Origin: Escherichia phage teqhad
Sequence record: NC_054933.1
DNA: 64,000 nt
Strand: one strand, 5' to 3'
The notes under the pieces are model-generated. The model was not told the origin of the DNA, searched no databases, and saw only the letters and a list, made by a program, of their open reading frames with translations. The stretch's first letter is position 1. Each line of letters opens with the position of its first letter. The position numbers and the translations under genes were made by a program. Of this stretch, positions 37,061 to 46,342 are shown in pieces.

Positions 37061-37534
37061 TTATTTGAACGATTTAACGTACTGAATAGAACCTTTACTA
37101 TTTACAAAGGCAATTTTACCATTTTTATTATACATGGTAGCAGTACGTTGATAACCATAAGTTTGTTTACCAGATTGATAACCAACTAATGCGAAATTAT
37201 CTTCGCCCATTTTATTCTGTTTAGCGCGAATGCGTTCATGACCATGTGCCATAAGAACCTTAGCATCACCGGTTGCAATGGATCTACGAGTTTTTTCATC
37301 TTCAACTGTATTAACAAAGTCGTCAAATGAATCAAATTTAGCATGAGATTTATTATACAGTTTTCCATCTACTGCATAATTATATCCCTGTACATCCATC
37401 TCAACTTCTGTACCATCATCCAATACAGCAGTGATTTTTTGACCTTTTTTAAATTTCAAAAGATCAGTAAAAGATTCAGCAATAATTTGAGAATTAATAG
37501 CTGCTTCAGTGATAAATTCTTGATATGTTTTCAT
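37061..37534 (-). CDS. internal head protein (IP) with capsid-targeting sequence
   Basis: 157 aa; N-terminus MKTYQEFITEA is the T4-type CTS cleaved by prohead protease. Confidence 0.75.
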   Translation of the reverse strand: MKTYQEFITEAAINSQIIAESFTDLLKFKKGQKITAVLDDGTEVEMDVQGYNYAVDGKLYNKSHAKFDSFDDFVNTVEDEKTRRSIATGDAKVLMAHGHERIRAKQNKMGEDNFALVGYQSGKQTYGYQRTATMYNKNGKIAFVNSKGSIQYVKSFK

Positions 37535-37543
37535 ATGTTTCCT

Positions 37544-37960
37544 TTAAATGTAAATATTTTTACCGTAATACTTATACCAATGTGGTTTCATTAAAATTTT
37601 TTCATCAAGTCGTTGTTGACTCAATTTAATAGCTGATTTGCATGGATTATAATCATTTTTCCATTCTACTGGAATATCGCTGATGTCAGGAACTTCAGTA
37701 TCTTTTATACTGAACCCTCGTTTTAAGCATTCCGTTATAATGTCTAATTGACGCTTTCGCAAAAATTCTAACTTATCGTAAAAGAACGTAACATGGCCAG
37801 AACCTAAAATAAACTCGGAAGATATTTTAAAATCTTTAACGCGCTTACCATTTGCCACATGCTTACGAACTATACCAAAAACACGTGGCAATTCACGATA
37901 TTCTGCAATTAAATGCTGATCAGTAAGTTCAGATACTAAAGTCAAATTAATACGAGTCAT
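37544..37960 (-). CDS. denV: endonuclease V (pyrimidine-dimer DNA glycosylase)
   Basis: 138 aa; [12 protein letters not shown]...[10 protein letters not shown]...; diverged from T4 denV. Confidence 0.88.
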   Translation of the reverse strand: MTRINLTLVSELTDQHLIAEYRELPRVFGIVRKHVANGKRVKDFKISSEFILGSGHVTFFYDKLEFLRKRQLDIITECLKRGFSIKDTEVPDISDIPVEWKNDYNPCKSAIKLSQQRLDEKILMKPHWYKYYGKNIYI

Positions 37961-38019
37961 TTTATCCCTCCAAATAACTGTGAATATACTATCACAATTC
38001 TAGGAGAAAGTAAACAACT

Positions 38020-38988
<969 letters not shown>

Positions 38989-39007
<19 letters not shown>

Positions 39008-39477
39008 TCAGTGATAAAGTTATTTAAATTTTGAGTATATTTCTTTTCATCAAAAATCTTTTGCTGTCTGCGTAAACGCCATGGCATTTCAATGAACGTG
39101 TACCATATCCCAGATAATATTGCTGCTGTAAAAATATTAACAAGTATGGTTAAAATAATCCAATCTCCCGTTCTGTCTACTGGACTTTCTCCAAAGAAGC
39201 AAAATACAAATGATGTCACAGGAAAACTAATAATGTACCACAGAATCATAATTTTATCTGTGAACCAATCAGCATTTGTTAACTTAGCACGACCATTATG
39301 AATACACACGAATTTATCATCTGTTATAATAGATGGCTTAGCTGCTTGATATCCCATTCTAAACTCCCTAATCAACAAATTTTTCATATCTTCGGAACAA
39401 CCATTCCAGTCAACTCTATTAACTGAAATGCCATCATCCCCATCATCTAAATCATACCAGCGAGTTTTTAAAATCAT
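38989..39477 (-). CDS. membrane protein, member of a tandem family
   Basis: 162 aa; hydrophobic helices; C-terminal ...FITECRKLK. Confidence 0.5.
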
Positions 39478-39836
39478 TTAATTTTCCTACAATCACTCAC
39501 AAACTCTTCCATTGATTCTTTTTCAATATAAGACATGTAGCTATTATATTCCTTTAATTGTATTTTGTAATCCTTTTTTCTTTGCCAATTTATTTTAAAA
39601 TTATCATAATGAAAATATAACATGGTACCAAAGAATGAAAATAATGAAATAATTTTAGTATAGTGAAGTTCACTCCAAACTTCTATTATATTTACTGTGC
39701 CGTCAATGTTTAAAATAAGACAGTCAATTAACAATCCAAAAAGACTACCCGCAAGAGCTGCAGCCAACGCTACAGCAAAAATTAAAAATGACTCAGGAAG
39801 AGAATATTTGACTTTATTTAGTTTTGGCTTTTGCAT
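39474..39836 (-). CDS. membrane protein, member of a tandem family
   Basis: 120 aa; C-terminal ...FVSDCRKIK. Confidence 0.5.
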   Translation of the reverse strand: MQKPKLNKVKYSLPESFLIFAVALAAALAGSLFGLLIDCLILNIDGTVNIIEVWSELHYTKIISLFSFFGTMLYFHYDNFKINWQRKKDYKIQLKEYNSYMSYIEKESMEEFVSDCRKIK

Positions 39837-40231
39837 CGTGATTCCTTAACAAATTTCATAATTTCATCAAATTCATGCGCAGCAAGTTTAAGCTGATGTT
39901 CCTTTTTAATCTTTTTACACTGAGCTTTCCAATCACGTACACGTTTACGATAGTGTCTTCCTTGATACCAGTATCCTATCCAATTTATAGGTACTAATAA
40001 AAGCGGAACTACCAATGGAAGAATTAGTGTTGCTCCAAATATTGCACCAGATTCAATATCAGTCATAACGTCTATAACTATTCCAGCAATCAGCAGAATC
40101 ACAAATGATACGGCTACCACAGGACCTATTAACACATCAGTAGAAATTATCTGACGCTTTAATTCATACTTCAACGGTTTACTTGGAAGGTATAGTGATG
40201 GCTTTGACATATTCTCTACATTCCTTAACAA
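39818..40231 (-). CDS. membrane protein, member of a tandem family (start uncertain)
   Basis: 137 aa; C-terminal ...FVKESRCKSQN. Confidence 0.5.
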   Translation of the reverse strand: MLRNVENMSKPSLYLPSKPLKYELKRQIISTDVLIGPVVAVSFVILLIAGIVIDVMTDIESGAIFGATLILPLVVPLLLVPINWIGYWYQGRHYRKRVRDWKAQCKKIKKEHQLKLAAHEFDEIMKFVKESRCKSQN

Positions 40232-40784
40232 ATTTTTCTAATAATAAATCGCTTTCAAAATTGGGATTTTCTACGAATTTATCAAAAAGATCATCAACAA
40301 TAGTTAAGATATTCTTTTTACTAAGAATACGTTTATTTTCATGCTTCGTTTCAGAATCAACTATAAGAGTAAAGAAATATTTCTTGCCCTGAAATTTTAC
40401 AGTAGTATCAATATAGAATAAATTTGACTTTTGTAAATTACGTTTAAACCATGCATCACTTAAACTATAAACACCAAGATAATCATAATCGTCGTTTAAA
40501 TAACATACTGTCCATTCAGGAGAAATGAAATCAGTAAATTCAACATCAAAATCACATGTTAATGAATGAATTGATTCAATACTGTTAATAAGTATTCCAG
40601 GACGTATTAAAGACTTTTTACCTTTATAAAATCCAGAAAGACTTTCATCAGTTTCATATGAAGAACCCCAATAATAATTACGTCCTTCTGCCATACGTTT
40701 AAGAGCATTTAATAATTGGTCTGGAACATCAACCTGTCTTTGGAACTCTTCAAACATTGAATTGAAATCACTTTGCATTTTCAT
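40179..40784 (-). CDS. hypothetical protein
   Basis: 201 aa; C-terminal ...FVKECREYVK. Confidence 0.5.
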   Translation of the reverse strand: MKMQSDFNSMFEEFQRQVDVPDQLLNALKRMAEGRNYYWGSSYETDESLSGFYKGKKSLIRPGILINSIESIHSLTCDFDVEFTDFISPEWTVCYLNDDYDYLGVYSLSDAWFKRNLQKSNLFYIDTTVKFQGKKYFFTLIVDSETKHENKRILSKKNILTIVDDLFDKFVENPNFESDLLLEKFVKECREYVKAITIPSK

Positions 40785-40806
40785 TCCTACTTACTCCAAG
40801 TAATAG

Positions 40807-40820
40807 GGGCCGAAGCCCCT
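40807..40820 (-). terminator. UUCG-tetraloop hairpin
   Basis: Minus-strand RNA GGGGC-UUCG-GCCCC. Confidence 0.5.
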
Positions 40821-40825
40821 TATCA

Positions 40826-41419
40826 TTATTTCAGAGAATTAATATATTCCTGAACATCGGCAGAGGTAGTTTCAACCCCAGAAATATTACCATTAAAGGT
40901 TTCAACTCGGGCGAGAGTATCTTCAATATCAACCTTAGTCAGCGCTGCAATTTCAACTACATCATCGGCAGTACTAATTCCAAGGGCATTCGCTGCACGA
41001 GTTTCACGGATATATTCCAATTTAACTGCAAGTTCTTGGCGAGCATCATCCAATTCAACTACTTTCTTGGCGATTTCAATTCGCATTTCAGCATAACCAT
41101 CAGCTTTAGTAGTCAACTGTTCAGCTGTTCGACGATATAGCAAGCCGAGTTTAGCATGCATTGTTACATCTTGACCTTCAGAAAGAAGCTTGCGAATTTC
41201 ACGCTCTTTTGATTCGGCCTGTCGATTCTTTTCGACAATAAGTTCACGAATACGTTTTTCTTCATTAATAGATTTAACAGAAGCAGTTTTTAGATCTTTA
41301 ATCTTATCAAGTAGTTTTGCTGCCGCAGCAGTATACTGTTCTTCAACAGATAGATTTTTAGCCATAGCAGAACCAAGTTTAGTGCGAATAAACTCAACAA
41401 TTTTCTTCAGTGTGTTCAT
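40826..41419 (-). CDS. coiled-coil protein
   Basis: 197 aa, largely heptad-repeat helical. Confidence 0.5.
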   Translation of the reverse strand: MNTLKKIVEFIRTKLGSAMAKNLSVEEQYTAAAAKLLDKIKDLKTASVKSINEEKRIRELIVEKNRQAESKEREIRKLLSEGQDVTMHAKLGLLYRRTAEQLTTKADGYAEMRIEIAKKVVELDDARQELAVKLEYIRETRAANALGISTADDVVEIAALTKVDIEDTLARVETFNGNISGVETTSADVQEYINSLK

Positions 41420-41476
41420 AGTATTTCCTTAGGTTGGTATAATTAGATAATATCACGTTTCTAATAGATTGTAAAC

Positions 41477-41812
41477 TTATTCTTCGTCTAGCTCGTCGAT
41501 AAAGGCGTCGATGGCCTCGACAACGGCATCATTGATAGCCAATAAAATAAAATCATCGTCAGTACCTTTAGAAGATTTTAAAGCATTGATATATGCTTGG
41601 TTGGCGAGTTCCCAAGCCTTTTTAAAATAAGGAGCTTCATCATCGGGGCCAACGAAACGTACGCCTTCAAAGATACGGTTAGCATAATCCAATACCCACT
41701 GTACAGGCATGTTTTGAGAACGTTCGTTAAACTCTTTAAATTCCTTAGATTCAAAAAGCTCTTCAGGATAATCATTTCTATTACAAAAAGCTTTACTAAA
41801 GTTACGTTTCAT
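41477..41812 (-). CDS. hypothetical acidic protein
   Basis: 111 aa. Confidence 0.5.
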   Translation of the reverse strand: MKRNFSKAFCNRNDYPEELFESKEFKEFNERSQNMPVQWVLDYANRIFEGVRFVGPDDEAPYFKKAWELANQAYINALKSSKGTDDDFILLAINDAVVEAIDAFIDELDEE

Positions 41813-41838
41813 AATGTTTTCCTTGTGATGATAAGTCT

Positions 41839-41868
41839 ATAGTAACGCCTTCATACTTAGATGTAAAC
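41839..41868 (-). promoter_or_regulatory. T4-type early promoter
   Basis: Minus strand GTTTAC - 18 nt - TACTAT; -35 overlaps the stop of the upstream small ORF. Confidence 0.5.
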
Positions 41869-42021
41869 TATTTCAACATCGCCTTTTGCTGTTTTATAAC
41901 CTTCAGCCCAAGATACAACCGAGTTTTTATCTGAAGATTCAAATTCTGGCATTGGGCTTTCGCCAATGTTCACGCAGTATGTTTCTTCATTTTCGTCGAA
42001 CCAAATAATTAAAGTAGTCAT
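41857..42021 (-). CDS. small ORF (54 aa), below track cutoff
   Basis: ATG 42021-42019 with GGAG SD 7 nt upstream; MTTLIIWFDENEETYCVNIGESPMPEFESSDKNSVVSWAEGYKTAKGDVEIVYI. Confidence 0.5.
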   Translation of the reverse strand: MTTLIIWFDENEETYCVNIGESPMPEFESSDKNSVVSWAEGYKTAKGDVEIVYI

Positions 42022-42057
42022 TTATTTCTCCGTTTCTGTATTTGTTTTGATAAGTCT

Positions 42058-42087
42058 ATAATAACACCATCCTTGGTGTTTGTACAC
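42058..42087 (-). promoter_or_regulatory. early-promoter-like element
   Basis: Minus strand GTGTAC - 18 nt - TATTAT. Confidence 0.4.
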
Positions 42088-42089
42088 AA

Positions 42090-42355
42090 TTATTTCATAT
42101 TATTGAAATATTCTTCTGCGATTTCGTCGTTATCATGGTAAACTTTAGAAGACAGTTTAACATAACCTTCAGCAGTGAACATGTTAATCACAACCTTTAC
42201 AGTATACCACTGACCATCTTCATTACCCATTACTGCGTAAGTTTCAAACATCGGATGGTCAGGACCGATAACTTTAATATCATTCACTGTACGACCGAAA
42301 TCTTCTGAAACACATTTCATAAAGAAGTTGAACAGCTCACCGTAATTATCCATTT
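42090..42355 (-). CDS. hypothetical protein (88 aa from MDNYGELF)
   Basis: GGAG SD upstream of the internal ATG; the track start lies upstream of the promoter. Confidence 0.5.
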
Positions 42356-42396
42356 CATTCTCCAAGTTGTTTTCTGTATCAGTAGTTGATAGTTGT

Positions 42397-42426
42397 ATAG
42401 TACCATGGAAGGGCAAGGATGTAAAC
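42397..42426 (-). promoter_or_regulatory. T4-type early promoter
   Basis: Minus strand GTTTAC - 18 nt - TACTAT, with A/T-rich UP-like tract. Confidence 0.55.
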
Positions 42427-42563
42427 CGTTTTGTGAAAAAATTTTTAAAAAGTTTTGGGGAATTCTAGGGCAGGAAGGGGAAATCAAAGGATAGGATAAT
42501 ATATTATAAAGGGTAGAAACTAAATGATGTCTAGAGAGGCCCGGAAAGGCCTAGATACCAAAA

Positions 42564-42587
42564 AGCCCCAACCTTTCGGCTAGGGCT
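42564..42587 (-). terminator. GAAA-loop hairpin downstream of the IP-like gene
   Basis: Minus-strand RNA AGCCCUAGCC-GAAA-GGUUGGGGCU followed by U-run. Confidence 0.55.
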
Positions 42588-42594
42588 AAGAATG

Positions 42595-43068
42595 TTATTT
42601 GATTTGTTTAGCAGACCAAATGCGATCTTTAATAATTTTTTGGATGTCTTCAACATACTCTAGGTCATGAGCATGTGGATTATCTTTGAAACTATGAGCT
42701 CGCGCAAGTTTCTGGCCTTCGGTCTTAATTATCAAAAGTTCTTTAAGAATTGCTTCATACCTAGAGATAATTCCTTTAGCAATATTTTTTTCTTGTGCTG
42801 CTTTAGGGTCAGCCTTAGGAGCAGGTTTACCTGAAGCCTTTGCAAAAGCAGCTCCAGTAGCAACTAAACTTTTCCAGGCCATACTAACTGCATTTCCCGT
42901 AAATCCTTCTGCTTTCATGTCGCGAGCAAATTGGAATCGTGATTCATCAGAAGCATCTTTATAGGAATATTTACCCGCTGCAATGGCTGCTTTTGCGACA
43001 GCTTGAATTTCGGTGCTAAACGCTTCATTTAACACCGCTTCATTTAAAAATTGAGTATATGATTTCAT
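42595..43068 (-). CDS. internal-protein-like protein with CTS-like N-terminus
   Basis: 157 aa; MKSYTQFLNEA resembles the CTS MKTYQEFIAEA; Ala/Lys-rich. Confidence 0.6.
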   Translation of the reverse strand: MKSYTQFLNEAVLNEAFSTEIQAVAKAAIAAGKYSYKDASDESRFQFARDMKAEGFTGNAVSMAWKSLVATGAAFAKASGKPAPKADPKAAQEKNIAKGIISRYEAILKELLIIKTEGQKLARAHSFKDNPHAHDLEYVEDIQKIIKDRIWSAKQIK

Positions 43069-43104
43069 CTTATTTCCTGTTTTAATTTGTAGATTTAATA
43101 TACT

Positions 43105-43112
43105 TATTTATA
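43105..43112 (-). promoter_or_regulatory. late promoter TATAAATA
   Basis: Minus-strand TATAAATA about 37 bp upstream of the IP-like ATG. Confidence 0.5.
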
Positions 43113-43118
43113 CTAAAA

Positions 43119-43142
43119 AGCCCCAACCTTTCGGCTGGGGCT
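43119..43142 (-). terminator. GAAA-loop hairpin, near-identical copy of the 42564-42587 element
   Basis: Minus-strand RNA AGCCCCAGCC-GAAA-GGUUGGGGCU followed by U-run. Confidence 0.55.
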
Positions 43143-43458
43143 AAGCCTTGCGGCAACCTTGTCGGGGTTCCACCTGCTAAGGCAAGTGTTTGTACGAAAC
43201 GCCGGGATTCGAACCCGGTTATCAAGCAGTTGACGCTACTCAATATTTTTAAAAGGCCATATCTCGACCATATCCGAACGTTCCGTCAAAAACGCTACTC
43301 GGCTTACGGCAAAGATATTTCCTCGAATCGATAATTCGGTGCGCCGTTTCTGCTGTGATGTAAGGGGATATTAACAAATCATAAAGATTTATTAAGACCA
43401 GTCCTTACTCAGGGAACATCAGTCCGACGTCTTGCCGGTAGCGACCCGGCTTCTTGTT

Positions 43459-43534
43459 TGGTCGAGGCAGTAGGGATCGAACCTACGACCCAGGACTTAG
43501 AAGGTCCTTGCTCTTCCTTCTGAGCTATGCCCCG
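43459..43534 (-). tRNA. tRNA-Arg (anticodon UCU)
   Basis: Manual fold: acceptor CGGGGCA/UGCCUCG, anticodon loop CUUCUAA, T-arm GUAGG-UUCGAUC-CCUAC, CCA encoded. Confidence 0.8.
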
Positions 43535-43538
43535 TAAT

Positions 43539-43614
43539 TGGGGTGACCGATGGGAGTCGAACCCATGACTACGAGAATCACAATCTCGAGTTCTACCAAC
43601 TGAACTACGGCCAC
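43539..43614 (-). tRNA. tRNA with anticodon GUG (His by anticodon; C73 present, no encoded G-1)
   Basis: Manual fold: acceptor GUGGCCG/CGGUCAC, D-stem GUUC/GAAC, anticodon stem CGAGA/UCUCG, loop UUGUGAU, T-loop UUCGACU, CCA encoded. Confidence 0.6.
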
Positions 43615-43728
43615 ATTAATACCTACTCCAACAATCAAGATGTCTTCACACGAAATTAAGAGAAGAGTGATCAGTTCAACCCCTATAATCGCGTCAAGTA
43701 GATATTAATGTGACAGTTGTCACAAATT

Positions 43729-43803
43729 TGGCGGACGTGATAGGATTCGAACCTATAACCAATCGCTTAACAGGCGATCGCTCTGCCATTGAGCTACACA
43801 TCC
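43729..43803 (-). tRNA. tRNA-Asn (anticodon GUU)
   Basis: Manual fold: acceptor GGAUGUG/CACGUCC, anticodon stem AUCGC/GCGAU, loop CUGUUAA, T-arm AUAGG-UUCGAAU-CCUAU, CCA encoded. Confidence 0.7.
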
Positions 43804-43807
43804 AAAT

Positions 43808-43894
43808 TGGTGGGGAGTGGTGGAGTCGAACCACCCGAGTCGCAATGACAATGGATTTACAGTCCACACCGCTACCTCTACGGGATAACTCCCC
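43808..43894 (-). tRNA. tRNA-Tyr (anticodon GUA), long variable arm
   Basis: Manual fold: acceptor GGGGAGU/ACUCCCC, anticodon stem GUGGA/UCCAU, loop CUGUAAA, T-arm GGUGG-UUCGACU-CCACC, CCA encoded. Confidence 0.65.
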
Positions 43895-43907
43895 TTAATT
43901 CTTAATT

Positions 43908-43982
43908 TGGTGGCCCTGGGTGGAATTGAACCACCATCTGGCGATTATGAGTCGCTTGCTTGAACCTTCCAGCTACAGGGCC
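43908..43982 (-). tRNA. tRNA with anticodon CAU (Ile-type as in T4, or Met)
   Basis: Manual fold: acceptor GGCCCUG/CAGGGCC, anticodon loop CUCAUAA, T-arm GGUGG-UUCAAUU-CCACC, CCA encoded. Confidence 0.65.
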
Positions 43983-43983
43983 T

Positions 43984-44059
43984 TGGTGCTGATTGACGGA
44001 ATCGAACCGCCGACCTTCTCATTACAAGTGAGTTGCTCTACCTACTGAGCTAAATCAGC
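43984..44059 (-). tRNA. tRNA-Thr (anticodon UGU)
   Basis: Manual fold: acceptor GCUGAUU/AAUCAGC, D-stem GCUC/GAGC, anticodon loop CUUGUAA, T-loop UUCGAUU, CCA encoded. Confidence 0.75.
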
Positions 44060-44064
44060 AAAAC

Positions 44065-44154
44065 TGGCGGAGGCGATAGGATTTGAACCTATGAGTCGCC
44101 GGAGCGACTGCCGGTTTTCAAGACCGGTGCATTAAACCACTCTGCCACGCCTCC
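44065..44154 (-). tRNA. tRNA-Ser (anticodon UGA), long variable arm
   Basis: Manual fold: acceptor GGAGGCG/CGCCUCC, anticodon stem CCGGU/ACCGG, loop CUUGAAA, T-arm AUAGG-UUCAAAU-CCUAU. Confidence 0.75.
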
Positions 44155-44156
44155 AG

Positions 44157-44230
44157 TCTCCATACAAGGATTTGAACCTTGGACCTCCTGATCCCAAATC
44201 AGGCGCTCTACCAAACTGAGCTACACGGAG
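44157..44230 (-). tRNA. tRNA-Pro (anticodon UGG), CCA not encoded
   Basis: Manual fold: acceptor CUCCGUG/UAUGGAG (G-U pairs), anticodon stem CCUGA/UCAGG, loop UUUGGGA, T-arm CAAGG-UUCAAAU-CCUUG; 2 nt from tRNA-Ser. Confidence 0.7.
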
Positions 44231-44240
44231 TAAATTAAAT

Positions 44241-44314
<74 letters not shown>

Positions 44315-44319
44315 AAATT

Positions 44320-44406
44320 TGGTGCGAGAAGTGGGACTCGAACCCACAAGGAAATCATTCCGCAGCATTTTAAGTGCTGTGCCTTTACCAATTTGACCAT
44401 TCTCGC
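44320..44406 (-). tRNA. tRNA-Leu (anticodon UAA), long variable arm
   Basis: Manual fold: acceptor GCGAGAA/UUCUCGC, anticodon stem CAGCA/UGCUG, loop CUUAAAA, T-arm GUGGG-UUCGAGU-CCCAC, CCA encoded. Confidence 0.75.
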
Positions 44407-44412
44407 TCTATA

Positions 44413-45021
44413 TTATTTATTACGTGAAAAAGATTGTTCTATCAATTCTGGACACTTTCGTTCTATCCATTTTCTAGCTTTTTGTGGGCTTATACCTATT
44501 ATTTTAGCAGCTTTACTAACCCATCCAAATTTAGAATAATCGATTTTAACTAATTCTTCGTAAATTTCATCAGTTAAAATCTTTTCATTAATATTTACCA
44601 GTAAATGATATAATTTATTATCATTAGCAATTTTAATGAATCTTTTATAGTTTCCGCCTTTACTTAAACCTAATGAAGTAATTGCAGATGATATAGTAGC
44701 CGAATTTAATAATGCGTTTAAAATTTCTTCATCACTAACATTATAACGCTTTTTATTATTTTTAATATTTTTACCAGCAAAAGTATCAGTTTGCGAATGG
44801 CAATTTGGACATAATAATCTTAAATTTGATTTAAGATGATTTTTATTATTTCCATCAATATGGTCTAATTGCAGAACAATATGCTTATTTTGCCATTTTG
44901 AAATTTTACAAATTGCACACTCATATGGAAAAATATTTTCTTTTATTATTTTGTCTTTCAGCTTTCCTGTACTAAAATTTGGATGTTTTCCTTCAAAAAT
45001 TTCAGCTAATTTAGTATCCAT
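44413..45021 (-). CDS. HNH homing endonuclease with C-terminal helix-turn-helix, abutting tRNA-Leu
   Basis: About 202 aa from MDTKLAEIF; HNH core CAICK...QLDHIDGNNKNH...NLRLLCPNCHS; stop is 6 nt from the tRNA-Leu 5' end. Confidence 0.8.
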   Translation of the reverse strand: MDTKLAEIFEGKHPNFSTGKLKDKIIKENIFPYECAICKISKWQNKHIVLQLDHIDGNNKNHLKSNLRLLCPNCHSQTDTFAGKNIKNNKKRYNVSDEEILNALLNSATISSAITSLGLSKGGNYKRFIKIANDNKLYHLLVNINEKILTDEIYEELVKIDYSKFGWVSKAAKIIGISPQKARKWIERKCPELIEQSFSRNK

Positions 45022-45120
45022 AATATAATTCCCAATTATTAACAAAGGCTCTCAAACAAGAGCCCTTGATGATAGAGGGTATTAATCAGTGCGGTATGAG
45101 TTAATAATAACAAATAATTC

Positions 45121-45645
45121 TTAAAGCAAATTAAACATTTTAACGGTCGGCAAAACAATTTCTTCTTCTATATAAGAGTATTTAACACTCTCAACTACAC
45201 GCAAAAAATCATAATCATAATACTCAGAAGCATTACCTAAAATATTAATAAGTCCTTCAAGCACTTTATTACCATTCACAAAGAATAAGTCAAATACACG
45301 TTCTTCGTCTTCTTCGGATTTATTACCAAGGTCAACTTCTATGTCAAAGACCTTTTTAATGAATTCTGGATAAAGTTGTTCTGAGAACAGTCCTTCAACC
45401 AAGTATTCATAAATAAAAAGCGATTGCTCGCTGAACAAGCCATTACCACAATAACGTTCAGCTTTAGTACTAGAATGTCTGCTTTTAAACTTCTTTAAAA
45501 GATATTGGAATTGTAAGATTTCATGCTCTTCTACGCCAAACAGTGTTTTAGTTTTATAGTTGTCACCATCATTTTCCCAGGTAGTGACATCAATTACGTA
45601 ACCCTGCGGAATTGTAGTACCTAAACAAATATTCATTTTCACCAC
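45121..45645 (-). CDS. hypothetical protein
   Basis: 174-aa ORF followed by hairpin GGCUCU-N6-AGAGCC at 45068-45085. Confidence 0.5.
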   Translation of the reverse strand: MVKMNICLGTTIPQGYVIDVTTWENDGDNYKTKTLFGVEEHEILQFQYLLKKFKSRHSSTKAERYCGNGLFSEQSLFIYEYLVEGLFSEQLYPEFIKKVFDIEVDLGNKSEEDEERVFDLFFVNGNKVLEGLINILGNASEYYDYDFLRVVESVKYSYIEEEIVLPTVKMFNLL

Positions 45646-45929
45646 GCTGCATTAATATACGTTTTCTGAATACATTCAAGACCCAAAGGATTCTTGAAAA
45701 TATCATATTCAAGAGGACCTTTTTCTGTTTCAATAAAGAAATCAAAATTTACTGTATTAAATTTACGGTCTTCCTTCACTAATTTAACCTGAGAAGATGA
45801 ACGGTCAATGTAAACCTTTTCAACTTCAAAACATGTTAAAATGCCATAATCATCAATCAAGGCTTTAGCTGCTTCTTGATCATATTTATATCCATTTTCA
45901 ACGGATGATACTTTAGCATAAAGAATCAT
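45639..45929 (-). CDS. hypothetical protein
   Basis: 96-aa ORF. Confidence 0.5.
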   Translation of the reverse strand: MILYAKVSSVENGYKYDQEAAKALIDDYGILTCFEVEKVYIDRSSSQVKLVKEDRKFNTVNFDFFIETEKGPLEYDIFKNPLGLECIQKTYINAAW

Positions 45930-45931
45930 TA

Positions 45932-46342
45932 TCAGCCTCTATCAACGATAGTATGAGTATGGGCATTTACGATTTGCCACCAGTCAAAGCGATTAGAACC
46001 ATAATCTGGTTTATTTTCATTTTCTTTAATGATATCACGCAGTTTATCTTCTGTTTCAGCATACGCAATTAAATCATCATATCCACCACAAGGGTAATAA
46101 TTATCACCTGCGAATAAAAGAAAATTTACCTTAGATGGATTTAAGTAATAATGGTCTTTAGGATATTTAGTTCCTCTCCAATCAGTTACTTCAACATAAC
46201 GGTAAGAAAATCCATTTTTACTTTCAATCCAACTCCACGCTTCAAAAGGAGTATTAAAAACTTTATCAGGTATTAAATTACCTTCAAAATGAGAAGGATT
46301 TGCATAATCCCCAGCATAAACATAATATTCGTTAATACTCAT
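45932..46342 (-). CDS. hypothetical protein
   Basis: 136-aa ORF rich in aromatic residues. Confidence 0.5.
   Translation of the reverse strand: MSINEYYVYAGDYANPSHFEGNLIPDKVFNTPFEAWSWIESKNGFSYRYVEVTDWRGTKYPKDHYYLNPSKVNFLLFAGDNYYPCGGYDDLIAYAETEDKLRDIIKENENKPDYGSNRFDWWQIVNAHTHTIVDRG

Noticed and set aside
40826-41419. Possible PspA/IM30-like annotation for the 197-aa coiled-coil protein
   Set aside because: Only generic coiled-coil character; I could not identify PspA-specific motifs, so it is left as a hypothetical coiled-coil protein.
43617-43728. Searched the gap between the GUG tRNA and tRNA-Asn for a missing tRNA-Gln
   Set aside because: No T-arm (GTTCRA) or acceptor pairing could be folded; the region instead contains a short inverted repeat.
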